Below the pieces are notes generated by a model that had not been told where the DNA came from, ran no database searches, and saw only the letters and a program-made list of their open reading frames with translations. Below, piece after piece: positions 25,035 to 38,546 of a stretch of DNA of 64,000 bases (position 1 is the first letter of the stretch; the number at the start of each line of letters is the position of its first letter). Made by a program: the position numbers and the translations under genes. Source of the stretch: Flaccisagitta enflata (lineage: Eukaryota); assembly GCA_965153355.1 (NCBI GenBank), contig OZ231126.1, positions 49,724,001-49,788,000 of the forward strand, written 5' to 3'.

Positions 25035-25148
25035 GTTTTGTGCCACAGCATGCATCCTGTATAACCAGTTTTGTGCCACAGCATGCATCCTGTATAACCA
25101 GTTTTGGGCCACAGCATCTATCGCGTATAACTCGGTTTGCGCCACAGC
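25035..25148. repeat. 33-bp tandem repeat, about 3.4 copies
   Basis: GTTTTGTGCCACAGCATGCATCCTGTATAACCA at 25035 and 25068, a diverged unit at 25101, and a partial unit at about 25135. Confidence 0.9.
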
Positions 25149-25750
25149 TGGTATCTAGACACGTAAAGCATATTCGTCTTCAAAAGAAGTAATCGTGGCA
25201 AGTCACGTAATGACCTCATTTTGGGCATCTCGCCGCGTGACACGATTGTGATTCTTTTTTTCTTTTCCCTTTTCCCTTTTCCTCGTTTTCTTTTTCTTTT
25301 CTTTTTCCTGTTCTTTTTCTTTCTCTACTTTCTCTTTTTCTTTTTCTTCTTTTTTTTTTTCTTGGTCTTGGTCTTGGTTTTGGTTTTTGATTTTCTCTGT
25401 TTTATCTTCTTTCTATACTTTTTCCCGCTCATGATAATCGATTGATGCGTCTTGACATAAACTTGTCGTAACGACACAGATTCAGTTTGAACTTTTTTGT
25501 GTTTTTTTTTTGCAAAAATGACGACTGAGTTCTGACGATGACTAAGTCGACATGGCCGACTAGGTATGCCTATTACTTCTGGCTCTTTGCATGAATGACT
25601 TTTGGAAAACGCGAGTCGTCAAAACCGACTTTGGCCGTGACGCCTACGGCATTACAGCATGACGGCATGACAGAATTGCCGCACCAGTGTTTCACAGTGT
25701 GGCCACAACAGCCGGCACCTTTAATGAATACACGGTACAAGAGAGAGACA

Positions 25751-25907
25751 AACAAGGCCGTATACACTCCCCCCCCCCCGTCGCGGACAGGTGGGCAGGA
25801 GCGGAATATCGGAAACTGCTAATATTTTGTTACAATTGTGGACGGACCTTCGGACGGAGCGACAGAAGGATGGACCGACCGACACGGCCAGAGTCTGCGA
25901 CTAAAAA
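25751..25907 (-). mobile_element. HINE-like element (GTCGCGGAC subfamily with poly-C)
   Basis: AACAAGGCCGTATACACT(C)nGTCGCGGAC..GGAC tract..GCGACTAAAAA. Similar to 28947-29106. Confidence 0.7.
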
Positions 25908-26407
25908 GCCTCTCTCGGACTCTTAGTCCTATGCTACTAAAAAGAATCAAATCAAAGTGAGTAAAAAGATGAACAAAAGGGAAAGTTAGGATGGCACGAT
26001 GGGACACCACTGCCATATGTCGCGTCGGTGTAGAATAAAGAATCATTTCCGTTATTCCTCTTTACGCGTTACAAATCTAACGAGCATTCTAGTCGTTGAA
26101 TTCATCGTCTGTTGCCTTTGCCATAAAAATGAGTCCCCATTAGAAACATAAGGAATAGAAAATAAAATATGAAGTGTTGATGTGAAACAAAAAAGAGCAC
26201 ATCACCATTGCGATTCTCACCGCACTAGACTTAACTAAATGGTAAACGGGTACCACCATCAAAATAACCAACCCCACCACCGCCAACTCGCCACCGATAT
26301 CGATGGGTAGAGCGGGATAAAGTGGCTTTAGGTGTTTTTTTTTTTCAATCAGGATGAGATTGATAGATTGTGTAGGTGGGTTGAGTGGGATAGAGTGAGG
26401 CTGCTGC

Positions 26408-27005
26408 TTTTGGGCAGCGGCCCCAAAGGGACCGATGACCTATGTTTTCACACATATGGGAAACTCTCCCCGCCTCCTCCTCCTCCTTCTTCTCCGTCCC
26501 CCCCCCCCTGACTTCGAAGCCTATATTTCAACCTGCAGCTCAAATCCCAACCATAGGCCTCATATCCAAGCCTCATGGCCACAATCCCAGCGTCAAGGCT
26601 CCAATCCCTGCATCAAGGCTCCAATCCCAGCCTCAGGCTCCAATCCCAGCCTCGAGATTCAAATCCCAGACTCTAGGCTCCAATCCCAGCCTTGAGGTTC
26701 CAATCCCAGCCTTGAGACTACAATCCCAGCCTTGAGGCTCCAATACCAGCCCCAAGGCTCCAATACCAGCTTTGGAGCTCCAATACCAGCCTAAAGGCTC
26801 CAACCCCAGCTCCGAGGCTCTAACCCCAGCATCATGTCTCCAATTCCAACCTCATGGGCTAAAATCCCGCCTCAATCCTCAAATTCTCGCCAAGCATCGG
26901 TCATTGGCCCCTTCGGGGCCGCTGCCCCTCTCACCTTCACATCTAACGTTTACTAACTTAGGGGCAACGGGTACCGCTGACCATCTGACGCTTTTGCGAC
27001 TATTT
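26408..27005 (+). mobile_element. Family C element
   Basis: TTTTGGGCAGCGGCCCCAAAGG start, 20-bp CCAGCCTTGAGGCTCCAATC array, GGGGCCGCTGCCC, GACGCTTTTGCGACTATTT end. It splits a tandem array of about 70 bp (26320-26400 and 27040-27230). Confidence 0.9.
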
Positions 27006-27255
27006 CATTTCATCGCAGCAGGATCATATTGATCGTATAGGTGAGTCGAATGGGACAAAGTGGCTTAAGATCTTTTTTTTTCCTATCAGGATGGTATTTG
27101 ATGGATTTTGTAGCTTGGTTGATTGACAAAATGTAGGGTAAGGTGGTTTTATCTCATCGGGGTGGGATTTGATGCATTGTTTAGGTGAGATGAGTGGGGT
27201 TAAAGTGGCGTTAGGTGGGATTCGATGGTTTGTCTAATATCTTTAATGTTAACAC

Positions 27256-27378
27256 TAAGGATGTGGAAGCGATTGACCGCTCCCATATGGTGGGTGGAAT
27301 AGTTACTAGTATTTGAACTACAAAATGGAAGTGGAAGCGGTGGAAGAGGCATAAAAAACGACGGCTTCTACATCCCTA
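27256..27378 (+). mobile_element. hAT-like MITE family D
   Basis: TAAGGATGTGGAAGCG...GCTTCTACATCCCTA. No clear TSD. Confidence 0.8.
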
Positions 27379-27714
27379 TTTGCCACTTCCGCATCATTCC
27401 CCAATATCACCCTTGCCACCACAAGTGTCCACCGCCACGTCGCCTCCTTCACTTCTTCTTTGGATCCCCACAGTTTCCATGGAAAAATAAACCACGAGAC
27501 ACAACACGTATGCTCATGAATTTCGAAACATGAAACCATAAATATTCTACGACTAAGAATCCCACACGATAAGAAGAGAAAAATTAATCATAACCAATTG
27601 CGATTCTATCATTCTCCATTTTGATACAGTTAAGCTTCACTAGAGCGCATGATGAGAATGAAATTACGCCTCATAGTAAAGCTTATTATTGCTACATAAT
27701 ACAAGAATGATTAT

Positions 27715-27903
27715 AACAAGGCCAGATACACGGCTACCTCAGTCGCGTGCGGGTGGGCAGGGGCCATATTGGAGGTCACTTGATCATTTGGGCCAAAGAC
27801 CAAAAAAAAAAACCCCCAAAAAAGTAAAGTGTGACGGACGGACCAACGGACGGATGGACGGACCGACGGACCAACAAAGCCGAGTGTTGCACGCAACTAA
27901 AAA
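27715..27903 (-). mobile_element. HINE-like family A
   Basis: AACAAGGCCAGATACACGGCTACCTCAGTCGCGTGC..(GGAC)n..GCACGCAACTAAAAA. Confidence 0.8.
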
Positions 27904-28206
27904 TGATTCGTTGGATATCAAGTTTTTTGCCTTTCAGGCGGACAAGCCTTAAAGCGGGTTCGCTGAGGTGGCGCTCCAGTGTAAATTGACGACGCGCGCG
28001 CAATTACGCTCTCGAAAGCAATTTATCTATTAATGACCTTAAAATACTGCAGATTTGATAAAGACGGATGTACGAGCCTGTTCTTGGAATTATGATGTGT
28101 TTCGAAAAAAAATCTCCAGGAGACCATACAAATTTTAAGGACTTTGTACAGGCGGGAAGCAGAAGCAGCACTCACTCACACGCACGCACGCCCCCCCACA
28201 CACTCA

Positions 28207-28398
<192 letters not shown>

Positions 28399-28729
28399 AA
28401 CACTCCTCATTCAATCTGATAATAGACTATGTCATGGAGTTCTCTGGACTTGCCGTGGTGTGCTGTCTCGTCATAAAGAATGATTCATTTTCAACGGGGA
28501 ACGAATAATATTTTTGGTGAAGATTTTTATGGAGATATTATGTAGTCTATATACAGCACTTCGAGTGTGTAGATCCAAAAACACAATAAGCAAGGAGCTG
28601 GTAAAACTCAGTGAAATAGGAAAAGAGACTTTCTTGCCTGCAGGTATACAAAAATAAATGCCTCCATAAAAATGAGAAAGTATGATGTCTTTATTCGAAA
28701 GCATCGGAGAGAGAAAGAGAGAGAGAGAG

Positions 28730-28829
<100 letters not shown>

Positions 28830-28946
28830 TGAGACTGAGTTATGAAAGGAAAGAAAAGTTAATGACTGAAGCTATCACGTTCGCCTCGGAAGCATAAAAA
28901 AGCAAAGTTTTCACGCCTTAATGGACCAGTTCAGCCGCAATGAAAA

Positions 28947-29307
28947 AACAAGGCCGTCTACATCCCCCCCCCCCGTCGCGGATGGGTGGGCAGGAACGCT
29001 CTCATTATGACACGGCTAAGGACCAACGGACGGACCGATGGACGGACCGACGGTAGAACCGACGGACGGACCTTAACAAGTTCTTGAGTTGCATGTCCGC
29101 GACTAATAACAAACAAGGCTAACATGGCTAATATGGCTAACCGAGTCGCGTGCGAGAAGGCATTGGTATTGGGGTATGAACAACGGGGGCAAACGCTGTA
29201 CAAAGCTGGGGACTGCAAAAGTCTAACAAGCTGATGACGGACTGACCGATCGGTGGATTGTTGGACCCAAAAAGAGCCTATATAGTTGCACGCGCACGAC
29301 TAAAAAA
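28947..29307 (-). mobile_element. Two head-to-tail HINE-like elements of different subfamilies
   Basis: 28947-29106 has GTCGCGGA / TCCGCGACT. About 29111-29307 has AGTCGCGTGC / GCACGACT. Confidence 0.7.
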
Positions 29308-29906
29308 GGAACTCAAGGGAAAAGATCGAAGGATTTCTAAGAGCGGTTGTCGAGTTGGAAGTTTAAAGAACCTACCGTTTGAGGCGTGCGTGCTGGATTT
29401 ACAGAGGCTTGCATGAATTATGTCTTTTAGTTTTAGTTGAGTTTGATGATGATTGATGATTAAAAAGTGACGCAGCGATCATGCCTGGAGGAACTTGAGT
29501 CGATGGGCACTACTCCTTTTATTTGTTCTTTGCAGTTTGTACCATTAAGTGATAGACGATACCCCCTGAAATTTCGGGAAGATTTTATAGCGCAAAACCT
29601 GGACCGCCACCCTCCTATATTTATCCCATATCCCATAGACAACGGAAACGTTCAGGATGGATTTTGGCATCCTCCTCTTTGCGTGATCTTATGGTGCTGA
29701 AATTTTAGGGGGCGTCTTCTACCATAGAATGGTGCATATAGCCAGTAAATATGAAGGATATGAACACATCAGGTCAAAAGCCCATGGGCTGATATCTATA
29801 TAAAAAAATCACCAATTAGATGGGACATGAAATTCGTTGGGACAAAAATTTAGGCTTGCAGTCCCAAAGATTTAGGCTTTTATACGTCAGCATTTGGAGG
29901 TCATTC

Positions 29907-29978
29907 GAGATAAGAGATAAGAGATAAGAGATAAGAGATAAGAGATAAGAGATAAGAGATAAGAGATAAGAGATAAGA
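29907..29978. repeat. (GAGATAA)n heptamer microsatellite
   Basis: About 10 perfect units. Confidence 0.98.
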
Positions 29979-30259
29979 GTGACGCGGCTTTTCAATCACC
30001 ACCAATTTTTGGCGATTTTCCAATATCACCACTGTTTTTTCTGTTTTTTTTTTCTCAGTTATTTCTTAGCTGCAGCAATTCCCTATATCGTGAGCATCAC
30101 AGCAAGTAATGCAAAGGAAAAAAAGAAAAAAACGGTGAAAACCGAAAACCCTAATCACTGAATCAGTGAATATTGGCAATCACTTCACCGTTTCTTCGGT
30201 TGGCGAGTCACCGAATCTTAAGCCAAGAGGTCATGGAAAAAAACGGTGTATTACCACGC

Positions 30260-30873
30260 GAAAAAAAGACGCACCTAGTCATTTATTGATAAAACAGACA
30301 GAAAAAAATTGTTCAAAAATTTTTCCATTGAGATTTTCGAATCTTCTTTTGATCTAGACCAATTCCAGGTCTGTATCTCAAACTGTTTAAAAGTTACAGC
30401 CAGTCAAAGACAATTACTAGTTTGAGCACATGACAAAATACAAAATCATTGAAGAAATACTTATTTGTTTCTCAATCTAATAAAAGACTACAAAAAAATT
30501 TTCAAATATTTTTCAGATAAAGTAAATTTAAAGATTTACGAATTTTCTTTCATTCTAGACCAATCCCAAGTCTGTATCTCAAATGGTTTAAAAGTTACAG
30601 CTCATCAAAGTGAAACACTGATTATCTTTTATTCTTTCTGTCTCATGGAATTGTGAAAACGATTTTTGGCTATTTTTACTCTTTTTTTTCTACGCCTAAA
30701 CGCCTCAAGATCAAGAACTTATTCTTTTTGACTTTTTGACTGACGGACGGACGGACGGACGGACGGACGGACGGACGGACGGACGGACGGACGGACGGAC
30801 GGACGGACGGACGGACGGACGGACGGACGGACGGACAAAGCCTCTTATAGAGTTGCGTGTCCGCGACTAAAAA
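30260..30873 (-). mobile_element. HINE-like 5' end with long (GGAC)n next to a duplicated MITE-derived segment; far boundary uncertain
   Basis: (GGAC)n at 30743-30836, then AAAGCCTCTTATAGAGTTGCGTGTCCGCGACTAAAAA. TCTAGACCAA..GTCTGTATCTCAAA block at 30353 and 30554. Confidence 0.6.
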
Positions 30874-31051
30874 TACATACACATCATCGCAAAATAACAA
30901 TTCACTAAGTGTCTCTGTTCATTTCTGGTATATCATATCATTGATATTCTTGGATCCGTTGTGGCTGGATCCGTTTCCATATAAATCGGTCAGAGGAATA
31001 TGCTCGAAGATTTTTGAGGGAAGAAGGAGGTCGTATCAAGTGTGGAGAAAG

Positions 31052-31287
31052 ACAAGGCCGGATACACAGCTACCCCAGTCGCGTGCGGGTGGGCAGGGGA
31101 TGTATTTGAGGTCAGTAGATCATTTGGGCAGGAGCAGTGAGGCCAAAGAGCGCAAAAACCTATAAAAAGTAAAGTGTGAACGGACCAACGGACCAACGGA
31201 CCAACGGACAGACCGACAGACGGACCGACGGACCGACGAACCGACCGACAAAGCGGGGTGTAGAGTCGCGTAGCACGCGACTAAAAA
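31052..31287 (-). mobile_element. HINE-like family A, full length
   Basis: Canonical termini and core, with a GACC/GACG tract. Confidence 0.85.
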
Positions 31288-31389
31288 CTGTGGTTTGGCG
31301 GTGCGGATCAAAGATTCTTCCCTTTCAGGTTAACCTCATCAAAACTGACAGTGACGGTAAACCAGATTCTCGCGGCTCTGTTGCGCGGT

Positions 31390-32140
31390 AAAGCGACTCT
31401 CACTTCGCAGTTCAGATGGTAGCCGAACGGCTCTGATGGCACTGACGTGGCTGTGATGATGCTGGTACGGCTCTGATGGCACCGGTGGGGCTCTGATGGT
31501 ACAGTTATGGGTCTGCTGGCACCGGCATGGCTCTGATGGTACAGATAAGGCTATGCTAACACCGGCGTGGCTCTGATGGTAAAGATACAGGTCTGCTGGC
31601 ACTGCTGTGGCTCCTGATGGTACAGATACGGGTCTGCTGGCACTGCCATGGCTCAGATGGTACAGAAACAGCTCTGCTGGCATTGGCTGGCTCTGATGGT
31701 ACAGAAACAGGTCTGATGGCACCAGCGCAGCGTGGCTTTAATTGTACAGATACAGCTTTGCTGGCACTGACATAGCTCTGATGGAACAGATACGTCTCGT
31801 ATGGTACAGAGACGGCTTTGCTGGTACTGGCGTGGCTCTGATGGTATGGATACAGCTTTGCTGGCACTGGCATGGCTCTGATGGTACAGATATGTCCCTG
31901 ATGGTACAGATACGGCTCTGATGGTACAGATACGGCTTTGCTAACACTGGCGTGACTCTGATGGCACAGATACGGCTCTGATAGTACAGTTACGGCTCTG
32001 ATGGTACTGATAAGGCTCTGATGGCGCCGGTGTGGCTTTGAAAGCATCGGCACGGCTTTCGCGGCGCTGTTTGGCTCTGCTGTCGTCGGCGCAGATCTGA
32101 GGTCGATGACACGGCTCTAACAACTTCAGCGCGGCTCTGA
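31390..32140. repeat. Minisatellite built from GGCTCTGATGGTACAGATAC (about 20-bp subunits, often paired)
   Basis: More than 20 GCTCTGATGG/GCTGGCAC units, possibly the interior of a non-autonomous DNA transposon. Confidence 0.9.
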
Positions 32141-32643
32141 ATATACAAAGCATCTGCAATAACTATTGATCATTTAAAAGAACTCACATTCTCAATCAAA
32201 ACAAAGCTGTATGAAAGCATAAAGAGATACTTGATTAACCTAAAACAATCATTTTCATTTCTTGAGGAAGATATCTTTGAGGTTGATAAGCACAAAATGC
32301 AAAATGTAAACTAGTGCTTTTGATTTCCTCAAAAATTAAAGATTTCTAGTTTCGAAAAAAAATTGTGATGATACAGTCTAAGTACTGTAAAGCATTGTTT
32401 CAGCAATCAAGAGTTTTCTTCAATGAAGAGACTACATGGACAAACGAGTGTAGAAGCAAGAGGAACTGCCAGTGACCCCTCAGAAATGCTGGAAAGGAAA
32501 TCTAGATACTTCATGAGAAAGAAATGTCGGTAATTTTCAGTTCCTTACTGGAAAGTGTCATGTTTGTTCTGACAGATTATGTATCTATTCATTGAGTCGT
32601 TTGTCGACAATTTCAGTAAGCGCTTCTGACGATATGATATCTG

Positions 32644-32842
32644 TTTTTAAGTCGCGTGCACGCGACTCTACAACCCGCTTTGTCCGTCGGTCGGTCGGTT
32701 GGTTGGTCGGTCGGTCACACTTTACTTTTTTTATGATTTTATTTCTTTGACCTCACTGCTCCTGCCCAAATGGTCTTGTGACCTCAAATATGGCCCCAGC
32801 CCACCCACACGCGACTTCGGTAGCCGTGTTTCCGGCCTTGTT
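32644..32842 (+). mobile_element. HINE-like family A
   Basis: AGTCGCGTGCACGCGACTCTACAACCCGCTTTGTC..(GGTC)n..CACGCGACT..GCCGTGTTTCCGGCCTTGTT. Confidence 0.85.
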
Positions 32843-33063
32843 GATTTTATTTTTAGATAACTTTTCATTAGATCTACATGAACGGGAGAGTTAATCGTAT
32901 CGTTAATCGGTTTTGTTGATTTTATCTTTAGATAACTTTTCATTAGATCTACATGAACGGGAGAGAGTTAATTGTATCGTTAATCGGACTTGTTTATTTT
33001 ATTTTTAGATAACTTTTCATTAGATCTACATGAACGGGAGACAGTTAATCGTATTGTTAATCG
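32833..33063. repeat. Three-copy tandem repeat of 75-77 bp starting at the HINE 3' end
   Basis: Units start at 32833, 32908 and 32985 (CGG..TTGTT.ATTTTAT.TTTAGATAACTTTTCATTAGATCTACATGAACGGGAG). Confidence 0.92.
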
Positions 33064-33205
33064 TTAATCGAAAGTAAAACACGTCACACACGTCATGGCA
33101 TGAAGCGATCAGTTAAGAGAAAATAAGGCATAGTCCGATCCTAGTGGTGCGCCCAGTGACTACAGATCGCCACATAATTGTAGATGTCATAACGCTTTTT
33201 TTAGC

Positions 33206-33241
<36 letters not shown>

Positions 33242-33857
33242 TCGACGAACGGAAATGAACCGGTTTAAGAGATGAGTTGAAGCATCTTAAAAGGGTCTTC
33301 ACTTCCTGAAGCCAAAAGCATCGCATTTCGTGTTCTAAATATCCCGCGTTTGTTACCACTTTCAAACCGTCAACGCGCGCAGACGGAAATCACTGGAATG
33401 TCAGAAACGGCGAAAGGAAGAGCGACGAAACAAATTGAAAACGGTTAGAGAAGCGACCCAGAAACAACAAAGTAACAACGACGAATATTGCCTACAAAAA
33501 CAAAGGCACCGACCTCTCAACCCTCAACAGGCCGCTTGGCTCTCTTTCTCTGTTCTCCTGCTTTCTCTGGATGCATCCATTATTCCCTTCGTCTGCCTTC
33601 TTTGAACAGCGAGAAAAATAGGGGAATTGTCAATTAAACTAAAAAGGTCTTCTTTTTCTTTTCTGTGTCGATATGTCTGTCCCTGTTTTTTTTTTCTGGT
33701 TTGTCCGCATTTGTCTGTCTGTCAATTTGTTGGTCAGTCTCTCGGATCGTTTGTCTGTCTGTCTGCCAGTATTTTTGTTGGCCTTGTCTGTCTTTGTCTT
33801 TGTTTCTGTCTATCTCTGGCTCTCTCTCTCCGTTTCTGTCTGTCTGACTTTCTGTAC

Positions 33858-33965
<108 letters not shown>

Positions 33966-34724
33966 CCTCTGCTCTTCTGTTACTCTGTTGCTTTGTTGTT
34001 GATTTCCGGGATTCGCGGGGTGGTTTAAGAGGGAATATAGGTTCAAATGCAATTTCGCAGCGTCCATCGGTTGCAGGGGGTCACCCAATTCAAGTTTCAG
34101 TGTTTTTTAGGGTCGAAGTTACGCGTGACCTAATCAATCGGACACATGAGACACAATCTCTTCATTAGAAAAATCAGAAGCCACTCTTTCAGTGTTATCA
34201 ATTCCCCAATAATAGTCAGAAAATACGCATCCAACCTAGACGAACAAAAAACCGCCAATAGTTCTTGTCCTCCTTTATCATTATTTTGGCGGTCCATGTA
34301 TATTTCAGCTCCGTTTCGAAAATAGAAATTAATAAAGTATTTAATTTTTAAAGTTGAACCGCGCATGACAGCAAAGTTGATAATTTGCTTAAATAGACCA
34401 ACTTTTTTCAAGAGTGGCTTCTGATTCCTCTAATGCTTCCTCGTCCGCCTCCTCCTGCTCCTTATCAACTCCTCTGGTCTTTCAAATATCAGTAACCATA
34501 GCCAAGCTTTCTGTCTACTATCTGTTCCTTCCGCTCACTTACCGCCTCAACCCCTACCCAACACTCGGGTACGGTGTTTTTTTCCCCCAGCTAAACAGGT
34601 CACTTTTATCCTTAAGGAGGTCATCGGGTCATTTGTCCACACTTACTCTCTTCCATTTTTCTGCTGAAAGTGACAGATGAACGTTGCACACTGCACAGCT
34701 GCAGTCGTTAACTTCCTTGACATA

Positions 34725-35313
<589 letters not shown>

Positions 35314-35567
35314 TCTCATGGGAGTTGGGCTGTTTATTTCCGCCTTCACATGGTTCATTCAGACAAAAAATTAAGAAACCAAAGACCATGAATTATCTCA
35401 GTCTTTTTTTCCTCGCATGCTGTCTTCTTTTCAAGCTGCCTTGCGTTTTTTTTTTATTGGGTGGGAGGGTGGGGAGTTTTGGGGTTTATATGGCAATACC
35501 GTCTATTCTTTCTTTTCTTCTTTTGCCTTCCTTTTGTTACCGTCTCATATTTTCTTTATAGATGCGT

Positions 35568-35784
35568 CTCAGAAATTATCAAATATCATGACTTGCTATC
35601 GGCCATTTGAGACTAGACCAATATTGAGGTGGGGAAGCCACTCAAACTATCAGAAATGTTCTCAGGTCAATTTTTTGATCCCCATGGCCTACGGTTCTCA
35701 GGTCAAAACATGTAGGTCACCAGTCATAAGTGCGTGTAGATAGAGTCTAATCCTCGCCCGCTATGGTTGTAAAGCTATGGAGTG
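35568..35784 (+). mobile_element. Unclassified dispersed repeat, short form of 43651-44194
   Basis: Shares ACTAGACCAATATTGA, CTCAGGTCAATTTTT.GATCCCCATGGCCTA.GGTTCT and GCTATGGAGTG with the reverse complement of 43651-44194. Confidence 0.7.
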
Positions 35785-35940
35785 CATAGGACAGTGGCTC
35801 CATAGCGTTTGTACTGTATGGCCTTATCTTGTGGCTGGACAATGCCAATCTATCTCGTACATGCTTGTGCACGCTATCGCTAGCATAAAAGTCGACTCCA
35901 TAGCGTTGATTTTGATTGGCTTTGCTTCTACTTCAGTGTA

Positions 35941-36136
<196 letters not shown>

Positions 36137-36780
36137 CCGTTTGCTTGCTGGTCGAGCATCTGATTTTGTTGGGGTGAAGGGAAAAAAAACACAACAAACA
36201 AATAAAGAAAAAAAGAAGACGAATTGAAGTAAGAATGGAGGTAGGAAGGAAGAAAAGAGAAAAGTCGCAAAAGCGTTTGATGGTCAGCGGAACCTGTTGC
36301 CTTTAACATGATATACGACAGGATGCGGTAGTCTGAGGGGGGGGGGGGGAGCGCATTGTCATGAAGAATGGAATTTGAGCATTAAGGCTTGGATTTGATC
36401 CACGAGGTTCAGATTTTGGCCTTGGGCTAGGATTTTTCCTGCGAAGAGAACTGGAGAAAAAAAATCACGAATCATGAAAGTTGTAAAATACAGTTTGCAA
36501 AATGTACAATGTAGAAAGTGAAACAAAACAAAAAATACATGGAGAGATAGACGGACAAACTGAGCAACATACTGCTTTTGTATACTACAACAACAATAAA
36601 ATCATCTTTTCAAAGCACATGTTTTTTTCAGTAAAAGATCCCACCATGGCAAAAAACCCAAAAAATAATAAGACAAAACACAAATCTTCAGATGGCGTAA
36701 TGGACGGAACTACGAGTGTTTTGGCATTTTGAGTTGATAAGGCCATGTGGTTGAAAAAGGAAATGAAAGGAAGAAAGAAA

Positions 36781-36814
<34 letters not shown>

Positions 36815-36902
36815 AATAAACAAACAAACAAACAAACAAACAAACAAACAAACAAACAAACAAGCAAACAAACAAACAAAGGAAGAAAGAAGGAAAGAAA
36901 GA

Positions 36903-37049
36903 AACAAGGCCGGATACACGGCCACCAGTTGCGGACGGGTGGGCAGGGGTGGATGTGCCCGTTTTCCCACTTTTCGACTCGTGCTGACAGACGGACCGAC
37001 AGACCGACGGACGGACAAAGCCTCTTATAGATTTGCGTGTCCGCAACTA
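36903..37049 (-). mobile_element. HINE-like element (AGTTGCGGAC/GTCCGCAACT subTIRs)
   Basis: GGCCGGATACACGGCC hairpin. AGTTGCGGAC at 36927-36936 and GTCCGCAACT at 37039-37048. Confidence 0.82.
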
Positions 37050-37404
37050 AACAAGGCCAACACCTATAAGTCGCGTGCGGGATATAAATAACTTAGGATG
37101 ACTCAAATTGACTTAGAATGACTCAAGATGATTTAAAATGATTTAAAAAGGCATAGAATGGTGTTAGATGACTTATATGACTAAATTGGCCAAATTGACT
37201 TAAGTGACTTAGTATAGCTTAAACTGACTGAAAATGACTTCCAATGACTTAGAATGACTAAGAATGGCTTAGGATGACTTAGAATGACTAAAAATGACCT
37301 AAGATGACTAAGAATAGCCTAAAGTAATAAAAAAAGTAAAGTTTGACCGACGGACCGACGGACGGACAAAGCGGATTGTAGAGTTGCGTGCACACGACTA
37401 AAAA
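37050..37404 (-). mobile_element. HINE-like element with a central 10-bp tandem array (AATGACTTAG)
   Basis: AGTCGCGTGC subTIR, about 23 degenerate 10-mers (37090-37320), GGAC tract, GTGCACACGACTAAAAA. Confidence 0.8.
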
Positions 37405-37485
37405 GGGCAAATTAAAAAAAAAAGATTTTTTTGAAGAAAGAGGGGAAATGAAAGGAAAGAAAACGCATGGGAAAGAAAGAAAGAA

Positions 37486-37705
37486 AACAAGGCCGGATAC
37501 ACGGCTAGCCCAGTCGCGTGCGGGTGGGTAGGGGCTGTATTTGAGGTCAGTGGAGTATTTGGGCAGGAGCAGTATGGCCGAAATCCCCATGAACGCCAAA
37601 AAAGTAAAATGTGATGGACAGACCGACCAACAGACAGACCGACTGACTGACCAACGGACGGACCAACAAAGCGGGTTGTAAAGTCGCGTAGCACGCAACT
37701 AAAAA
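37486..37705 (-). mobile_element. HINE-like family A
   Basis: Canonical termini and core. Confidence 0.85.
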
Positions 37706-37728
37706 GGAAGAAAGGAAGAAAGAAAGAG

Positions 37729-37774
<46 letters not shown>

Positions 37775-38005
37775 GAGTGTCTCCATCGTCTCAGAACAGA
37801 TGACGAAACGCCAATGGAAAAAACTCGAAACTCAAATTGAATTCCACGCTAAAAATGTGATAATCAGTTGAACAACTGACGCGGTAGAACAACAAATATG
37901 ATATATAATGTCAAGCATTGAAAGAAACCCAATACGGGAAGAAAAGTGGACTCTGTGTGATGTATCTGAAATCAAGTGCTTGGATGCTTTAAGTCTTTAC
38001 TGTCC

Positions 38006-38228
38006 TTTTTAGTCGCGTGCTATGCGACTCTACAACCCGCTTTGTCGGTCCGTCCGTCGTTTGGTCCGTCGTTTGGTCCGTTGGTCCGTGGTCCGTCACA
38101 CTTTACTTTTTTTTTGTTTTTTTTTTGCGGTCTTTGGCCTCGCTGCTCCAGTCAAAGTGATTAAGTGACCTCAAATACAGCCCCAGCCCGGCCGCACGCG
38201 ACTGGGGTAGCCGTGTACCGGCCTCGTT
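38006..38228 (+). mobile_element. HINE-like family A
   Basis: TTTTTAGTCGCGTGCTATGCGACTCTAC..GCACGCGACTGGGGTAGCCGTGTACCGGCCTCGTT. Confidence 0.85.
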
Positions 38229-38337
38229 CGATGGCGACTTTGTCGTTTGTCTCGGGAATAGAAGTGTTTCTATTTCAATTTTTTCTCTGAGTCAGGTGGC
38301 GAATCGTCATTGCAAGCACCGGTAGTAAAACTATTAA

Positions 38338-38546
38338 AGCAACGTTTAATCGCATTTTGGAGATACAGTGCAGAGTGAGCAAAAAAAACACAACTTTTTT
38401 GCCTAAATTTTCGAAAACCACTTTGGGCATCATCATCAGCTCTAATGACGATGCCAAAAGTGGTATTCGAAAATTTAGGCAAAAAAGTTGTGTTTTTTTT
38501 TTTGCTCACTCTGCATTGTATCTCCCTAATGCGGTTAAACGTTGCT
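38338..38546. mobile_element. Kolobok-like foldback MITE with TTAA flanks
   Basis: Near-complete palindrome TTAA|AGCAACGTTTAA...TTAAACGTTGCT|TTAA. A TTAA TSD with AG..CT termini matches Kolobok rather than piggyBac (CCY termini). Confidence 0.82.

Noticed and set aside
31339..32159. Repetitive-peptide ORFs or a CRISPR-like array
   Set aside because: This is a degenerate minisatellite with no unique spacers, and the ORFs shift frame without codon-level conservation.
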